NCBI GenBank assembly: GCA_035620935.1
Contig: DASPFU010000035.1
Span: 1 to 44,461, forward strand
From: Gemmatimonadales bacterium
GTDB taxonomy: Bacteria > Gemmatimonadota > Gemmatimonadetes > Gemmatimonadales > GWC2-71-9
Length of the DNA: 44,461 bases
Reading direction: 5' to 3'
In this document: positions 8,566-17,179 of the stretch, piece by piece
Layout: each line of letters starts with the position of its first letter
Position numbering within the stretch: the stretch's first letter is position 1
Program-made: the position numbers and the translations under genes
The notes under the pieces: generated by a model
Database searches by the model: none
What the model was told of the DNA's origin: nothing
Seen by the model: the letters and a program-made list of their open reading frames with translations, nothing else

Positions 8566-9936
8566 TTACGACAGCTGGCGTGGCGGCTCGAGCCCCAGCC
8601 GCCGCATCCGGCGATACAGGTTGGCGCGGTCGGTCGCGAGGCGGCGCGCGGCCTCGGCCACGTTGCCGTTGGCGGCGGACAGGGCGCGCGCGATGATCGC
8701 GCGCTCGTGCCGATCGAGGGCGTCGGTGAGCGGCAGGTCGGGCGGTTCGTCCGGCACGTCGGCGGGGGCGCCGCGCGGGGCGAGCACCCGCGCCACGTCC
8801 TCCGCGGTGATCGCGCCCGTCGGCGAGAGGATGGCGAGCCGCTCGATCAGGTTCGCCAGCTCGCGGACGTTCCCGGGCCAGGCGTAGCTGCTCAACAGCT
8901 GCAGGGCGTCCGAGTCCACCGACACGGCGCGGCCCAGCGTCTCCCGCAGGCGGGCCGCGAAATGACGCACCAGCGGCGGCACGTCCACCGGGCGGTCGCG
9001 CAGCGGCGGGATGCGGATGGGGACCACGTTCAGGCGGTAGAGCAGGTCCTCGCGGAAGCGCCCGTCCCCGACGGCCCGCTCGAGGTCCTTGTTCGTCGCC
9101 GCGAGGACGCGCACGTCCACGCGCACCGGCTTCTCGCCCCCGACCCGTTCTATCACGCCCGTCTCGAGCACGCGCAGCAGCTTGGCCTGGGCTTCGGGCC
9201 CGAGGTCGCCGACCTCGTCGAGCAGCAGCGTGCCGCCGTCCGCCAGCTCGAAGCGCCCGATGCGGCGCTCGGAGGCGCCGGTGAACGCGCCCCGCTCGTG
9301 ACCGAACAGCTCCGATTCCACGAGATCGCGCGGGATCGCGGCCGAGTTGACCGACACGAACGGCTTCGTCGCGCGGGGGCTCTGGCGGTGGATCGCGGCG
9401 GCCACCAGCTCCTTCCCCGTCCCGGACTCGCCGGTGATCAGCACCCGGGCGTCGGTGGGCGCGATGCGGCCGATCAGGGCCCGCACCTCGTCCATCGCGG
9501 GACTGACACCGACGAGCGGGTCGGCGTGCCCCAGCGCGGCGTGCAGCTGGCGGTTCTCGCGCACGGTGCGGGACAGCTCCAGCGCGCCGCGCAGGGCGGA
9601 GAGCACGCCCTCGGGTGTGAGCGGCTTCTCGAGGAACTGGAACGCGCCCAGCTTGGTGGCGCGCACGGCGTCGGCGAGGGTGGCTTTGCCGCTCATCATC
9701 ACGACTGGCACGTCGGGACGGCGCTGCTTGATCCCCGCCAGCGTGGCGAGGCCGTCGGGGCCGGGCGGCATCATCAGGTCCAACAGGACGGCGTCGGGGA
9801 GGGCCGCGTCGAGCGCGTCGAGCGCCGCGGTTCCGTCCGCCGCCTGGGCCGTCTCGTAGCCTTCGCCCTCCAGCAGGGCGGCGAGCATGCGACGGATGTT
9901 CGCCTCGTCGTCGACCACCAGGATGCGCGCGCTCAT
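8566..9936 (-). CDS. Sigma-54-dependent response regulator (NtrC/NtrX family)
   Basis: The receiver domain begins 'ILVVDDE...'. The AAA+ domain has Walker A 'GESGTGKE', 'GAFTGA' and 'LLLDEV'. The C-terminal Fis-type HTH is '[20 protein letters not shown]'. Confidence 0.92.
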   Translation of the reverse strand: MSARILVVDDEANIRRMLAALLEGEGYETAQAADGTAALDALDAALPDAVLLDLMMPPGPDGLATLAGIKQRRPDVPVVMMSGKATLADAVRATKLGAFQFLEKPLTPEGVLSALRGALELSRTVRENRQLHAALGHADPLVGVSPAMDEVRALIGRIAPTDARVLITGESGTGKELVAAAIHRQSPRATKPFVSVNSAAIPRDLVESELFGHERGAFTGASERRIGRFELADGGTLLLDEVGDLGPEAQAKLLRVLETGVIERVGGEKPVRVDVRVLAATNKDLERAVGDGRFREDLLYRLNVVPIRIPPLRDRPVDVPPLVRHFAARLRETLGRAVSVDSDALQLLSSYAWPGNVRELANLIERLAILSPTGAITAEDVARVLAPRGAPADVPDEPPDLPLTDALDRHERAIIARALSAANGNVAEAARRLATDRANLYRRMRRLGLEPPRQLS

Positions 9937-11132
9937 CGAGCCAGCGTGACGGTGAACGTGGCGCCCCCGCCGGGAGTCTCGGACAGGGTGATGGCGCCGC
10001 CGTGCGCCTCCACGGTCTGCCGGACCAGGGCGAGGCCGAGGCCGGTGCCCTCCGCCTTGGTCGTGACGTAGGGCTCGAACATGCGGTCGTGGATCTCGGC
10101 CGGGACCCCGGGGCCGTGGTCGGCGATCGTGACCGCCACGCCGTCGGGGCCGCCCGCGACCGCGATGTCGATCGCGCCGCGGCCGCCCATCGCTTCCGCG
10201 GCGTTGCGCAGCAGGTTGGCGAACGCCCGGCGCAGCGGCTCGTAGTGCCCCTGGATCGCGCGGCGTGCGTCCGCCCGCACGGCGACGGTCACCCCCGCCG
10301 GGACGGCGGTCCGGGCCAGCTCGTCCAGCAGCTCGGTGACGTCCACCTCGCTCGCGGGCCCCTCGGGCATGCGGCCGAGATCGGCGAAGTCCTTCGCCAG
10401 GCGCTCGAGCCGGTCGGTCTCGGCGGTGAGCACGTCGACGGCGATCGCGGTCCGCCCGGCCGCGCTCCCGTCCGGGGCGGCCGCGCTGCGCTGCAGCTGG
10501 TCCACCGCGATGCGCATCGCCGTCAGCGGGTTCTTGATCTCATGGGCCACGCGGCGCGCCATCTCGCGGAACGCGCGCAGGCGCTCGGCCTCGAGCTCGC
10601 GGGCCCGCGCCCCCTCGAGCGATTCCGCCATCTCGCGCAGCGCGAGGCGCAGCGCCTGGAACTCGGGCGCGCCCTTCCGGGGCGGGCCTGCCGGCAGCGG
10701 CTCCCGCTCCCGGATCAGACGGGTCCACCCCACCAGCTCGTCGATCGGCCGGGAGAGCTGGCGCGAGAGATGGCCCGCGAGCCGCACCGCCGCGAACAGC
10801 ACCGCCGCGGCGATCAGGGCCACCGCCGCCGCGATGCCCGCCTTGTAGTAGCGGGTGTACGCCTCGGCGCGACGGGCGAGGCTGAGCGATCGGGAGACTT
10901 CGGCGAGGTGGCTCTCGAGGGCCGCGCGCTCCGGCGGGGTGAGCCGTCCGGTGTCGAGCTGAGCACGGAGGTCCACCGCCGTGCGCCCCACCGCTTCGAG
11001 CGACGCGCGCGCCCCCGCGGCCGGCACGAACGCGCCGAGCGACAGCAGCCACCCCACGAACGCCAGCGTGACGGGGATGGCGGTCATCGCGACCAGCACG
11101 ACGAAGATGCGCCGCCGGAAGGGAAGCGTCAT
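9933..11132 (-). CDS. Membrane sensor histidine kinase (NtrY/NtrB-like)
   Basis: It has two N-terminal hydrophobic helices, the H-box 'HEIKNPLTAM' and the G-box 'GTGLGLALV'. ATG 11132 is preceded by GAGGAA. It overlaps the response-regulator start by 4 nt. Confidence 0.88.
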   Translation of the reverse strand: MTLPFRRRIFVVLVAMTAIPVTLAFVGWLLSLGAFVPAAGARASLEAVGRTAVDLRAQLDTGRLTPPERAALESHLAEVSRSLSLARRAEAYTRYYKAGIAAAVALIAAAVLFAAVRLAGHLSRQLSRPIDELVGWTRLIREREPLPAGPPRKGAPEFQALRLALREMAESLEGARARELEAERLRAFREMARRVAHEIKNPLTAMRIAVDQLQRSAAAPDGSAAGRTAIAVDVLTAETDRLERLAKDFADLGRMPEGPASEVDVTELLDELARTAVPAGVTVAVRADARRAIQGHYEPLRRAFANLLRNAAEAMGGRGAIDIAVAGGPDGVAVTIADHGPGVPAEIHDRMFEPYVTTKAEGTGLGLALVRQTVEAHGGAITLSETPGGGATFTVTLAR

Positions 11133-11193
11133 TATTCCTCGCCAATGTAGGGGGTCCGGCGGGGTGTGACAATTCGACACGGAGAGGGAATCG

Positions 11194-11613
11194 GTGAAAA
11201 GTCACACGCACTATCTCTGGTTCGAGACCAGGCAGCGGCAGGAGATCATCGACATCACGGCCGAGGTGGAGGCGGAGGTGAAGAAGAGCGGCGTCCGCGA
11301 GGGCTTCGTGCTGGTGAGCGCGATGCACATCTCGGCGTCGGTGTTCGTCAACGATCACGAATCGGGGCTGTGGCAGGACATCCTGGCGTGGCTCGAGGGG
11401 TCGATCGCGCCGTGGGACCCCGGGCGATACCGTCACAACGAGACCGGTGAGGACAACGCGGCGGCACACCTGCGCAGCCTCGCCGTCGGGCACGAGGTGA
11501 TCGTGCCGATCACCGCGGGGAAGCTCGACTTCGGCCCCTGGCAACGGGTGTTCTACGGTGAGTGGGACGGCAAGCGTCGCAAGCGGGTGATCATCAAGGT
11601 GCTGGGGGAGTGA
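11194..11613 (+). CDS. YjbQ/UPF0047-family protein (secondary thiamine-phosphate synthase family)
   Basis: 139 aa; 'ITAEVEAEVKKSGVREGFVLVSAMHISASVFVNDHESGL' is typical of UPF0047. The start is GTG, preceded by GGAGAGGG. Confidence 0.85.
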   Translation: MKSHTHYLWFETRQRQEIIDITAEVEAEVKKSGVREGFVLVSAMHISASVFVNDHESGLWQDILAWLEGSIAPWDPGRYRHNETGEDNAAAHLRSLAVGHEVIVPITAGKLDFGPWQRVFYGEWDGKRRKRVIIKVLGE

Positions 11614-11614
11614 C

Positions 11615-11643
11615 TTGACCGCCGTGGAATGGTCATTTAAAAT
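11615..11643 (+). promoter_or_regulatory. Promoter of the phd-vapC operon (TTGACC-17 nt-TAAAAT)
   Basis: TTGACC is at 11615-11620 and TAAAAT at 11638-11643. The first plausible ATG (11651) lies 7 nt downstream with no SD, which implies a leaderless mRNA. Confidence 0.6.
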
Positions 11644-11648
11644 GACCA
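11630..11648. promoter_or_regulatory. Operator palindrome TGGTCATTT-A-AAATGACCA overlapping the -10 box
   Basis: This is a perfect 19-nt palindrome, AT-rich in a GC-rich genome, placed where type II TA autoregulation usually acts. Confidence 0.6.
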
Positions 11649-11650
11649 CT

Positions 11651-11923
11651 ATGAGACGACGACCCAAAACGCGGGCGTGGCGGGTGCGGGAGCCAGGCGC
11701 TCCGGTCCCCGCCACGGAGTTCAAGGCACACTGCCTGGAGCTGATGGACTACGTGCGCGATTCCGGGCGGGAGGTGGTGGTGACCAAACACGGGAAGCCG
11801 GTGGCGAAGCTCGTCCCGATGCCGGCGGGCTCGCGGGATCTCATTGGGTGCGTGCGCGGCACGGTCACCTACCACGGCGATATCGTGGCGCCGACGGGCG
11901 AGGTGTGGGAGGCCGATGCCTGA
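11651..11923 (+). CDS. Phd/YefM-family type II antitoxin
   Basis: 'PATEFKAHCLELMDYVRDSGREVVVTKHGKPVAKLVPM' is a typical Phd/YefM N-terminal fold. It overlaps the vapC start by 8 nt. Start 11651 is preferred over 11615/11642 because those lie inside the promoter. Confidence 0.8.
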   Translation: MRRRPKTRAWRVREPGAPVPATEFKAHCLELMDYVRDSGREVVVTKHGKPVAKLVPMPAGSRDLIGCVRGTVTYHGDIVAPTGEVWEADA

Positions 11924-12347
11924 GCCCGGCGACGGGCCGCTGCTGCTCGACACGCACGTCTGGATCTGGCTGGCGGACGCTCCCGAGCGCGTCTCCCCGC
12001 GGTGCGTGGACCTGGTGCGCTCCGCGCAGCCGAGCGGACGGGTGTACCTCGCGCCGATCTCGGTGTGGGAGCTCGGGATGCTGATGCGCAGAGGGCGGGT
12101 GACGGTGACGCCGGACGTACGGGCGTGGGTGGCGCGCACGCTCGACAGCCACCTGCGCGTCGCGCCGCTCACGCCGGACATGGCGCTCGACGCCGCGTTC
12201 CTGTCGGACGCCGCGCCGGGCGATCCGGCCGACCGGCTGCTCGTCGCCACGGCCCGCGCGTTGGGGGCGGCGCTGGTGACCCGCGACGCCGCCATCCTCG
12301 CTTTCGGCGCCGCGGGCCACGTGCGTGTGGTGGACGCGGGGACGTGA
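11916..12347 (+). CDS. vapC: PIN-domain toxin (VapC family)
   Basis: The motif 'LLLDTHVWIW...' is followed by 'ISVWELGML', 'PGDPADRLLVATARALGAALVTRD' (PIN acidic residues). The ATG at 11916 lies inside the antitoxin 3' end. Confidence 0.85.
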   Translation: MPEPGDGPLLLDTHVWIWLADAPERVSPRCVDLVRSAQPSGRVYLAPISVWELGMLMRRGRVTVTPDVRAWVARTLDSHLRVAPLTPDMALDAAFLSDAAPGDPADRLLVATARALGAALVTRDAAILAFGAAGHVRVVDAGT

Positions 12348-12433
12348 CGGTCGGGGCGCCTCTTCGCTCAGGGCCCGTGCGTGAGCGCCTGCCGTCATTG
12401 ACCCGTCATTCCCCACCTTGACCGCCTGATACC

Positions 12434-15400
12434 TTGGAGGCCGTGGCGCTGCACCTCCACACCCTCGGGACCTGGCACCTCGCCGACGCGGCGGGTCAGC
12501 GGCGGCTCGAGCCGGGCAAGCCGCTGGCGCTGCTCACCTACCTCGCCCTCACGCCGCGGCACCGCGCCGGCCGCGAGCACCTGATCGATCTCCTGTGGAG
12601 CGAGTCCGAGCCCACCCGCGCCCGCCAGGCGCTGCGCCAGACCGTCTGGAACCTGCGGCAGGTGATCGGAGCGGACGCGCTGTCGAGCGACGGCGACGAG
12701 CTCTGCCTGATGGGGTCGATCGGGTCGGACTGGCAGGCGTTCCTCCGGCACGTCGAGCGCGGCGGCATCGATGAGGCGGTAGCGGCTTACGGGGGCCCGT
12801 TCCTCCCCGACTTCGCAGCCCCGGGGGGCGCCGCCTTCGAGCAGTGGGCCGACGTGGAACGCAGCCGCCTGCATGCGGCGTACGTCCGGGTGCTCGAGGC
12901 ACTGGTACGGCGCGAGCTCGCGGCGGGGCGGGTCCGCGACGCGGACGCGCTCGCCCGCCGTCTGCGGGATACCGACCCCGAGCGTGAGAGCGCCTGGCGC
13001 CTGCTGCTCGAGGTGCTGCTCTCGGCCGGCGACCGGTCCGGCGCGGCCCTCGAAGCGGACGCGCTGGAGGCCCGGCTGCGCGCCGACGGCCGTGACCCCG
13101 AGCAGGCCACCCGCACGCTCATCGCCCGCACCCGGTCCGAGGACGGCGCCGCATCGTCCGATCTCGGCCCGCTGCACCCCGACCTCGTCGGGCGTGAGCA
13201 GGAGTTCGCCGCCCTGCTGGGCGCGTGGCGGGCCGCCACGAAGCGACCCGGCCGCCACGTCCACATCACGTCACCCGCCGGCCTTGGCAAGACCCGCCTG
13301 CTGCGCGACCTCGCGGTCCGGCTCGCCGCGGTAGGGGGCCGGGTCTGCGCGGTGCGCGCCAATGCCGGCGAGCGCAACGTCCCGTGGGGTCTCGCCGCCG
13401 ACCTGGCGAGCGCGCTGGCAGCGCTCCCGGGTGCCGCCGCGGTCTCCCCGGGCTCGGCGGCGGCGCTGGTGGCGCTCGACCCGGCCCTCTCGGCGCGCTA
13501 CCCCGCGGCGCGAGCGTCCGCCACCACGGCGGGCGACGCGGCACGCGAGCGCGGGCGGGCGCTCGCGGAGCTGGTCGCGGCGGTGGCCGATGAGCAGCCG
13601 CTCGCCCTGCTGGTGGACGACGTGCACTGGGCCGATGCCCAGTCGGCGCAGGCCCTGGCCGCACTCGTGAACCGCCTCGCGGCGGTGCCGGTCCTGGTGG
13701 TCACGGCAGCCCGCCCCGTCGGCGCCGTCCCGCCTGCCAGCGCCGACACCGTCACGATCCGTCTGGCAACGCTCACGCCCGGGCAGGTGCTCGAACTGCT
13801 CGGCTCGCTCGGCGCCTGGCACGACGGGCCGTGGCCCCGCGAACTGGCCGACGCGCTGGCCCGGACCTCCGGTGGCTCCCCGCTGCTGGTGCTCGAGACC
13901 ATGCAGCTGGCGCTCGAGCACGGCGATCTCGCCGTGGCCGCGCGGCGGTGGCACGCGGACGATCTGCCCGCGTTGGTCCGCGGCTTCGGGGCCGAATCGG
14001 CCCTGCGCCGCCGGCTCGACCGGCTCGCCCCGGACGAGCGCGAGGTGATGACCCTGCTGGCCGTGGCGGGCGCGCCAGTGGCGGACGAGATCCTGGCCGA
14101 CGCCGCGGGCCGGCCGCTCGCGGACGCAGCACGGACCCTCGGCACCCTCGAGCTGCGCGGCTTCGCGCATCGCATCACGGCGGGATGGGAGCCCGCCCAC
14201 GACCTCCTCACGGAGGAGCTGCTGGCGGGCCTCGCCGCGGACGCGCGGGCCGCCGCCCACGCCGCACTGGGCCGGGCCCTCGTCGGCGCCGCGCGCGGCG
14301 ACCTGGCCGCGTTCGTCCCCGCGGCGCGGCACCTCGTGCTCGGCGGGGTGGAGCCGGCGCTCGACGCGCTGTTCCGCGAGTGGGTGGCCGCGAGTTTCCG
14401 GCGCGGGGAGCGCCGCGGCCGCGACGAGCTGGCCGTCACGCTGCTCGCCGAGCACGCGACGTCCGAACGGGTGGACCGGCTGGTGAGCGGCTTGCCGCTC
14501 CGCTACCGCGCCCGGTACGTCACCACGCCGGCGCTCGTGGCGCTGCTGCTCCTGGCCCTCGGGCTGTGGGTCACTGATCGGGTTCGCGATCTGCGGGCCC
14601 GGTTCGTCCAGTTCGCGATCGAGCCGCTCCTCGTCGAGAATGTCGGACCCGAGCGCGCGCGATTTCGCCCGGTCCCGGCCGTCGAAGTGCGCCAGGCGGA
14701 CGGCGCGGTGGATGCGAGCTGGCAGGACACGGTCTACGCGGCGCTCGAGCCCGGGTCGAGCTTCGAGATCGTCGGCGGGGCCGCCGCCGTCGCGCGCCGC
14801 GGCCGGGCGTCGTTCGGCGAGCTCGTGCTCCGGCTGCGCCAGCCCGCCCCGGCGGTCGCGGGGCCGACGCGCCTGCGCGTCAGTGCGCGAGGGCTCGGGG
14901 CAGTGGCCGTGGTGGAGCTCGCGGCGGTGCAGCCGATGTCACTGGAGATCGTCGGGGCCCGGGTCAACGACCAGGACGTGCGCCCCGACAGCGGCTCGGG
15001 CGCCCTTGTGGTTCGGGTGGCTCCCGGGGACTCGCTGGTGGGGGAGCTGGCCCTCCGCTACACCGCGCTGGTGTACGAAGAGACGATCGTCCTGGGCTAC
15101 ACGCCCACGTGGGGTGATCCGTCGCGCGGCTACCGTTTCGTCGAGCGACTGCAGGGGCCGGCAGTGAGCACGCCGGTCGCCTTCGCGTTCGCCCTGGTGG
15201 CGCCGCGGACGCCGGGACGGTACTTCATCGTCACGGCCATCGGATTGGAGACCGAAGCGGCGTACCTGTTCTCTGGTACGAACTGGGCCGTGGGGCGGCC
15301 GATCTGGGGGGACGGCAACGACATCGCGCGGTGGCCCGCCGAGTCGATCCTCCAGGCCATCCGGACCGGGCGGTCTCGAGCATGGAAGATCTTCCTCATC

Positions 15401-15487
15401 TCGGACTCGGCGGGCCGGCGGATCGAGTCGCGGCCGGAGATGCTCGGCGCCAACGCGCTGGTGATCGACGTGCGGGAGGGGCCATAG
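12434..15487 (+). CDS. SARP/BTAD-family transcriptional regulator fused to a P-loop (STAND/AAA-like) ATPase, one TM helix and a C-terminal extracytoplasmic domain of about 300 aa
   Basis: The OmpR-type winged helix is 'KPLALLTYLALTP...REHLIDLLW...ARQALRQTVWNLRQVIG'. The BTAD region is 'AVAAYGGPFLPDF...ESAWRLLLEVLLSAGDRSGA'. The Walker A is 'ITSPAGLGKTRLL' with 'LLVDDVHWAD'. The TM helix is 'PALVALLLLALGLWV'. The TTG start is uncertain. Confidence 0.75.
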   Translation: MEAVALHLHTLGTWHLADAAGQRRLEPGKPLALLTYLALTPRHRAGREHLIDLLWSESEPTRARQALRQTVWNLRQVIGADALSSDGDELCLMGSIGSDWQAFLRHVERGGIDEAVAAYGGPFLPDFAAPGGAAFEQWADVERSRLHAAYVRVLEALVRRELAAGRVRDADALARRLRDTDPERESAWRLLLEVLLSAGDRSGAALEADALEARLRADGRDPEQATRTLIARTRSEDGAASSDLGPLHPDLVGREQEFAALLGAWRAATKRPGRHVHITSPAGLGKTRLLRDLAVRLAAVGGRVCAVRANAGERNVPWGLAADLASALAALPGAAAVSPGSAAALVALDPALSARYPAARASATTAGDAARERGRALAELVAAVADEQPLALLVDDVHWADAQSAQALAALVNRLAAVPVLVVTAARPVGAVPPASADTVTIRLATLTPGQVLELLGSLGAWHDGPWPRELADALARTSGGSPLLVLETMQLALEHGDLAVAARRWHADDLPALVRGFGAESALRRRLDRLAPDEREVMTLLAVAGAPVADEILADAAGRPLADAARTLGTLELRGFAHRITAGWEPAHDLLTEELLAGLAADARAAAHAALGRALVGAARGDLAAFVPAARHLVLGGVEPALDALFREWVAASFRRGERRGRDELAVTLLAEHATSERVDRLVSGLPLRYRARYVTTPALVALLLLALGLWVTDRVRDLRARFVQFAIEPLLVENVGPERARFRPVPAVEVRQADGAVDASWQDTVYAALEPGSSFEIVGGAAAVARRGRASFGELVLRLRQPAPAVAGPTRLRVSARGLGAVAVVELAAVQPMSLEIVGARVNDQDVRPDSGSGALVVRVAPGDSLVGELALRYTALVYEETIVLGYTPTWGDPSRGYRFVERLQGPAVSTPVAFAFALVAPRTPGRYFIVTAIGLETEAAYLFSGTNWAVGRPIWGDGNDIARWPAESILQAIRTGRSRAWKIFLISDSAGRRIESRPEMLGANALVIDVREGP

Positions 15488-15604
15488 GCCAGTGTCGCGA
15501 CAGTGCAAGCGCTGCGTGAACCGCCAGCAGGCCCGTGCCATAGCTTTGGCCATGCAAGTCGTTTAGTTTCAAAGGTTCTGGAGAGTGTTGGAGGCATTGG
15601 GCGC

Positions 15605-17179
15605 GTGGTGACGGGGCATCTGGCGGCGAGCTTCGCCCAGCTGGCGGAGCAACAGCCCGACCGGGAATTCCTGGTATTCGGCAGCCGCCGGATGACCTAC
15701 GGGCAGACGCTGCGGGAAGCCCGCGCGCTGGCGGATGCGTTCGCCGGTCTCGGGCTGCAGCCGGGTGACCGGCTCGCCGTCGTCCTGCCCAACGTGCCGG
15801 AGTGGGTCGTCGCCGTGCTGGCGGCGGCATCCCTCGATGTCGTGCTGGTGCCGCTGGACCCCGCGCTGGGATCCTACGAGCTGCGCTACCAACTGCGCCA
15901 CGCCGAAGTGCGCGCGGTCGTCACGGTCGAATCGTGGGACGGCGTCGACCTGCTCGAGCGGCTCGACCACCTGCTGCCCGAGCTTCCCGGCCTGCGGTTC
16001 GTGGTGACCGTCGGGGCCGAGGACCGGTGGCTCGAGGATCGGGTGTACCGCTGGGCGGACCTGGTGGCCCGGGCGGCACCACCGCTCGCCGCGCACGAGT
16101 TGGCCGATCCGGCGGCGGCGCCGCTCGCCATCCTGTACACCTCCGGAACGATGGGGAAGCCGAAGGGGGTCGTGCTCACGCACCGCAACGTGCTGGAGCC
16201 GGCCCGCCACACGGCGGCGGCGCTCGCCCATACCGCCGACGACCGCGCGCTGTGCGCGGTGCCCTGTTTCGGGATCTTCGGCCTGCACGTCGTCGTGATG
16301 ACGCTGCTGGCGGGGGGCACCCTGGTGCTCCAGGAGCGGTTCGACGCCGCGGAGGCGCTCGAGCTGATCCGCCGCGAGCGGGTGACGCTCGTGCACGGGG
16401 TCCCCACGATGTTCGAGCTGTTGATGCGCGACGCGGCATTCGAGGAGGCGCCGCTCACGACTTGCCGGACCGGCGTCATCGCGGGGAGCCCGGTCTCCCC
16501 GGAGTTGGCCGACCGGATTCGGGCGTGGTGCGACGTGCAGGTCGCGTACGGACTGACGGAAACCGGTCCGACGGTCGCGGTGACGCGGTTCGACGATCCA
16601 CCCGAGCGGCGCCGGACCACGACGGGGCGGCCGCTCCCGGGCGTCGAGGTCCGGGTGGTGGACATCGTCACCGGGACCGTGCACGGTCTCGAGGCGGTGG
16701 GGGAGCTGGCGGTGAAGGGCCCGGGCGTGATGCAGGGCTACTTCCGCCAGCCCGGCGAGACTCGCCGCGCCTTCACGAGCGAGGGCCATTTCCTGACGGG
16801 CGACCTCGCCATCCTCGATGAGGAGGGATACGTCAGGATCGTGGGCCGCCGGAGCGAGCTGATCATCCGGGGCGGCCACAAGATCTATCCGCGTGAGCTG
16901 GAGGACGTCCTCCGCACGCACCCCGCCGTGGACGACGTCTGCGTCGTCGGCGTCCCCAACGATGTGCTCGGGGAGCTGTCCGCCGCCTGCGTCGTGCCCG
17001 TGGAAGGGGCCATCATCACCGCCGACGAGCTGCGCGCGTTCTGTCGCGACGCGGTCGCCGACTACAAAGTGCCCGACCTGGTGCGCTTCTTCGACACCTT
17101 TCCGCTCACCGGAAGCGGCAAGGTGAAACGACGGGAGCTCGCGCAGGTCGTGAGCCTGGAGCTGAGTACCACGACATGA
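15605..17179 (+). CDS. AMP-dependent acyl-CoA synthetase/ligase
   Basis: The AMP-binding motif is '[20 protein letters not shown]', with 'YGLTETG' and 'GDL...[11 protein letters not shown]', 'GKVKRREL'. GTG 15605 follows GGAGG (15590-15594). The track start at 15503 has no SD, so the start is uncertain. Confidence 0.85.
   Translation: MVTGHLAASFAQLAEQQPDREFLVFGSRRMTYGQTLREARALADAFAGLGLQPGDRLAVVLPNVPEWVVAVLAAASLDVVLVPLDPALGSYELRYQLRHAEVRAVVTVESWDGVDLLERLDHLLPELPGLRFVVTVGAEDRWLEDRVYRWADLVARAAPPLAAHELADPAAAPLAILYTSGTMGKPKGVVLTHRNVLEPARHTAAALAHTADDRALCAVPCFGIFGLHVVVMTLLAGGTLVLQERFDAAEALELIRRERVTLVHGVPTMFELLMRDAAFEEAPLTTCRTGVIAGSPVSPELADRIRAWCDVQVAYGLTETGPTVAVTRFDDPPERRRTTTGRPLPGVEVRVVDIVTGTVHGLEAVGELAVKGPGVMQGYFRQPGETRRAFTSEGHFLTGDLAILDEEGYVRIVGRRSELIIRGGHKIYPRELEDVLRTHPAVDDVCVVGVPNDVLGELSAACVVPVEGAIITADELRAFCRDAVADYKVPDLVRFFDTFPLTGSGKVKRRELAQVVSLELSTTT

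Noticed and set aside
6483-8696. 737-aa plus-strand ORF, and the 369-aa ORF 6649..7758 on the minus strand
   Set aside because: Both overlap the OMP and DUF4390-like genes in other frames, are low-complexity and Arg/Pro-rich, and have no signal or domain motifs.
11181-15487. Mobile genomic or defence island containing YjbQ, VapBC and the SARP-ATPase gene
   Set aside because: I see no integrase, transposase, tRNA attachment site or flanking direct repeats, and GC and codon bias look native. Only the TA pair is a typical accessory module.
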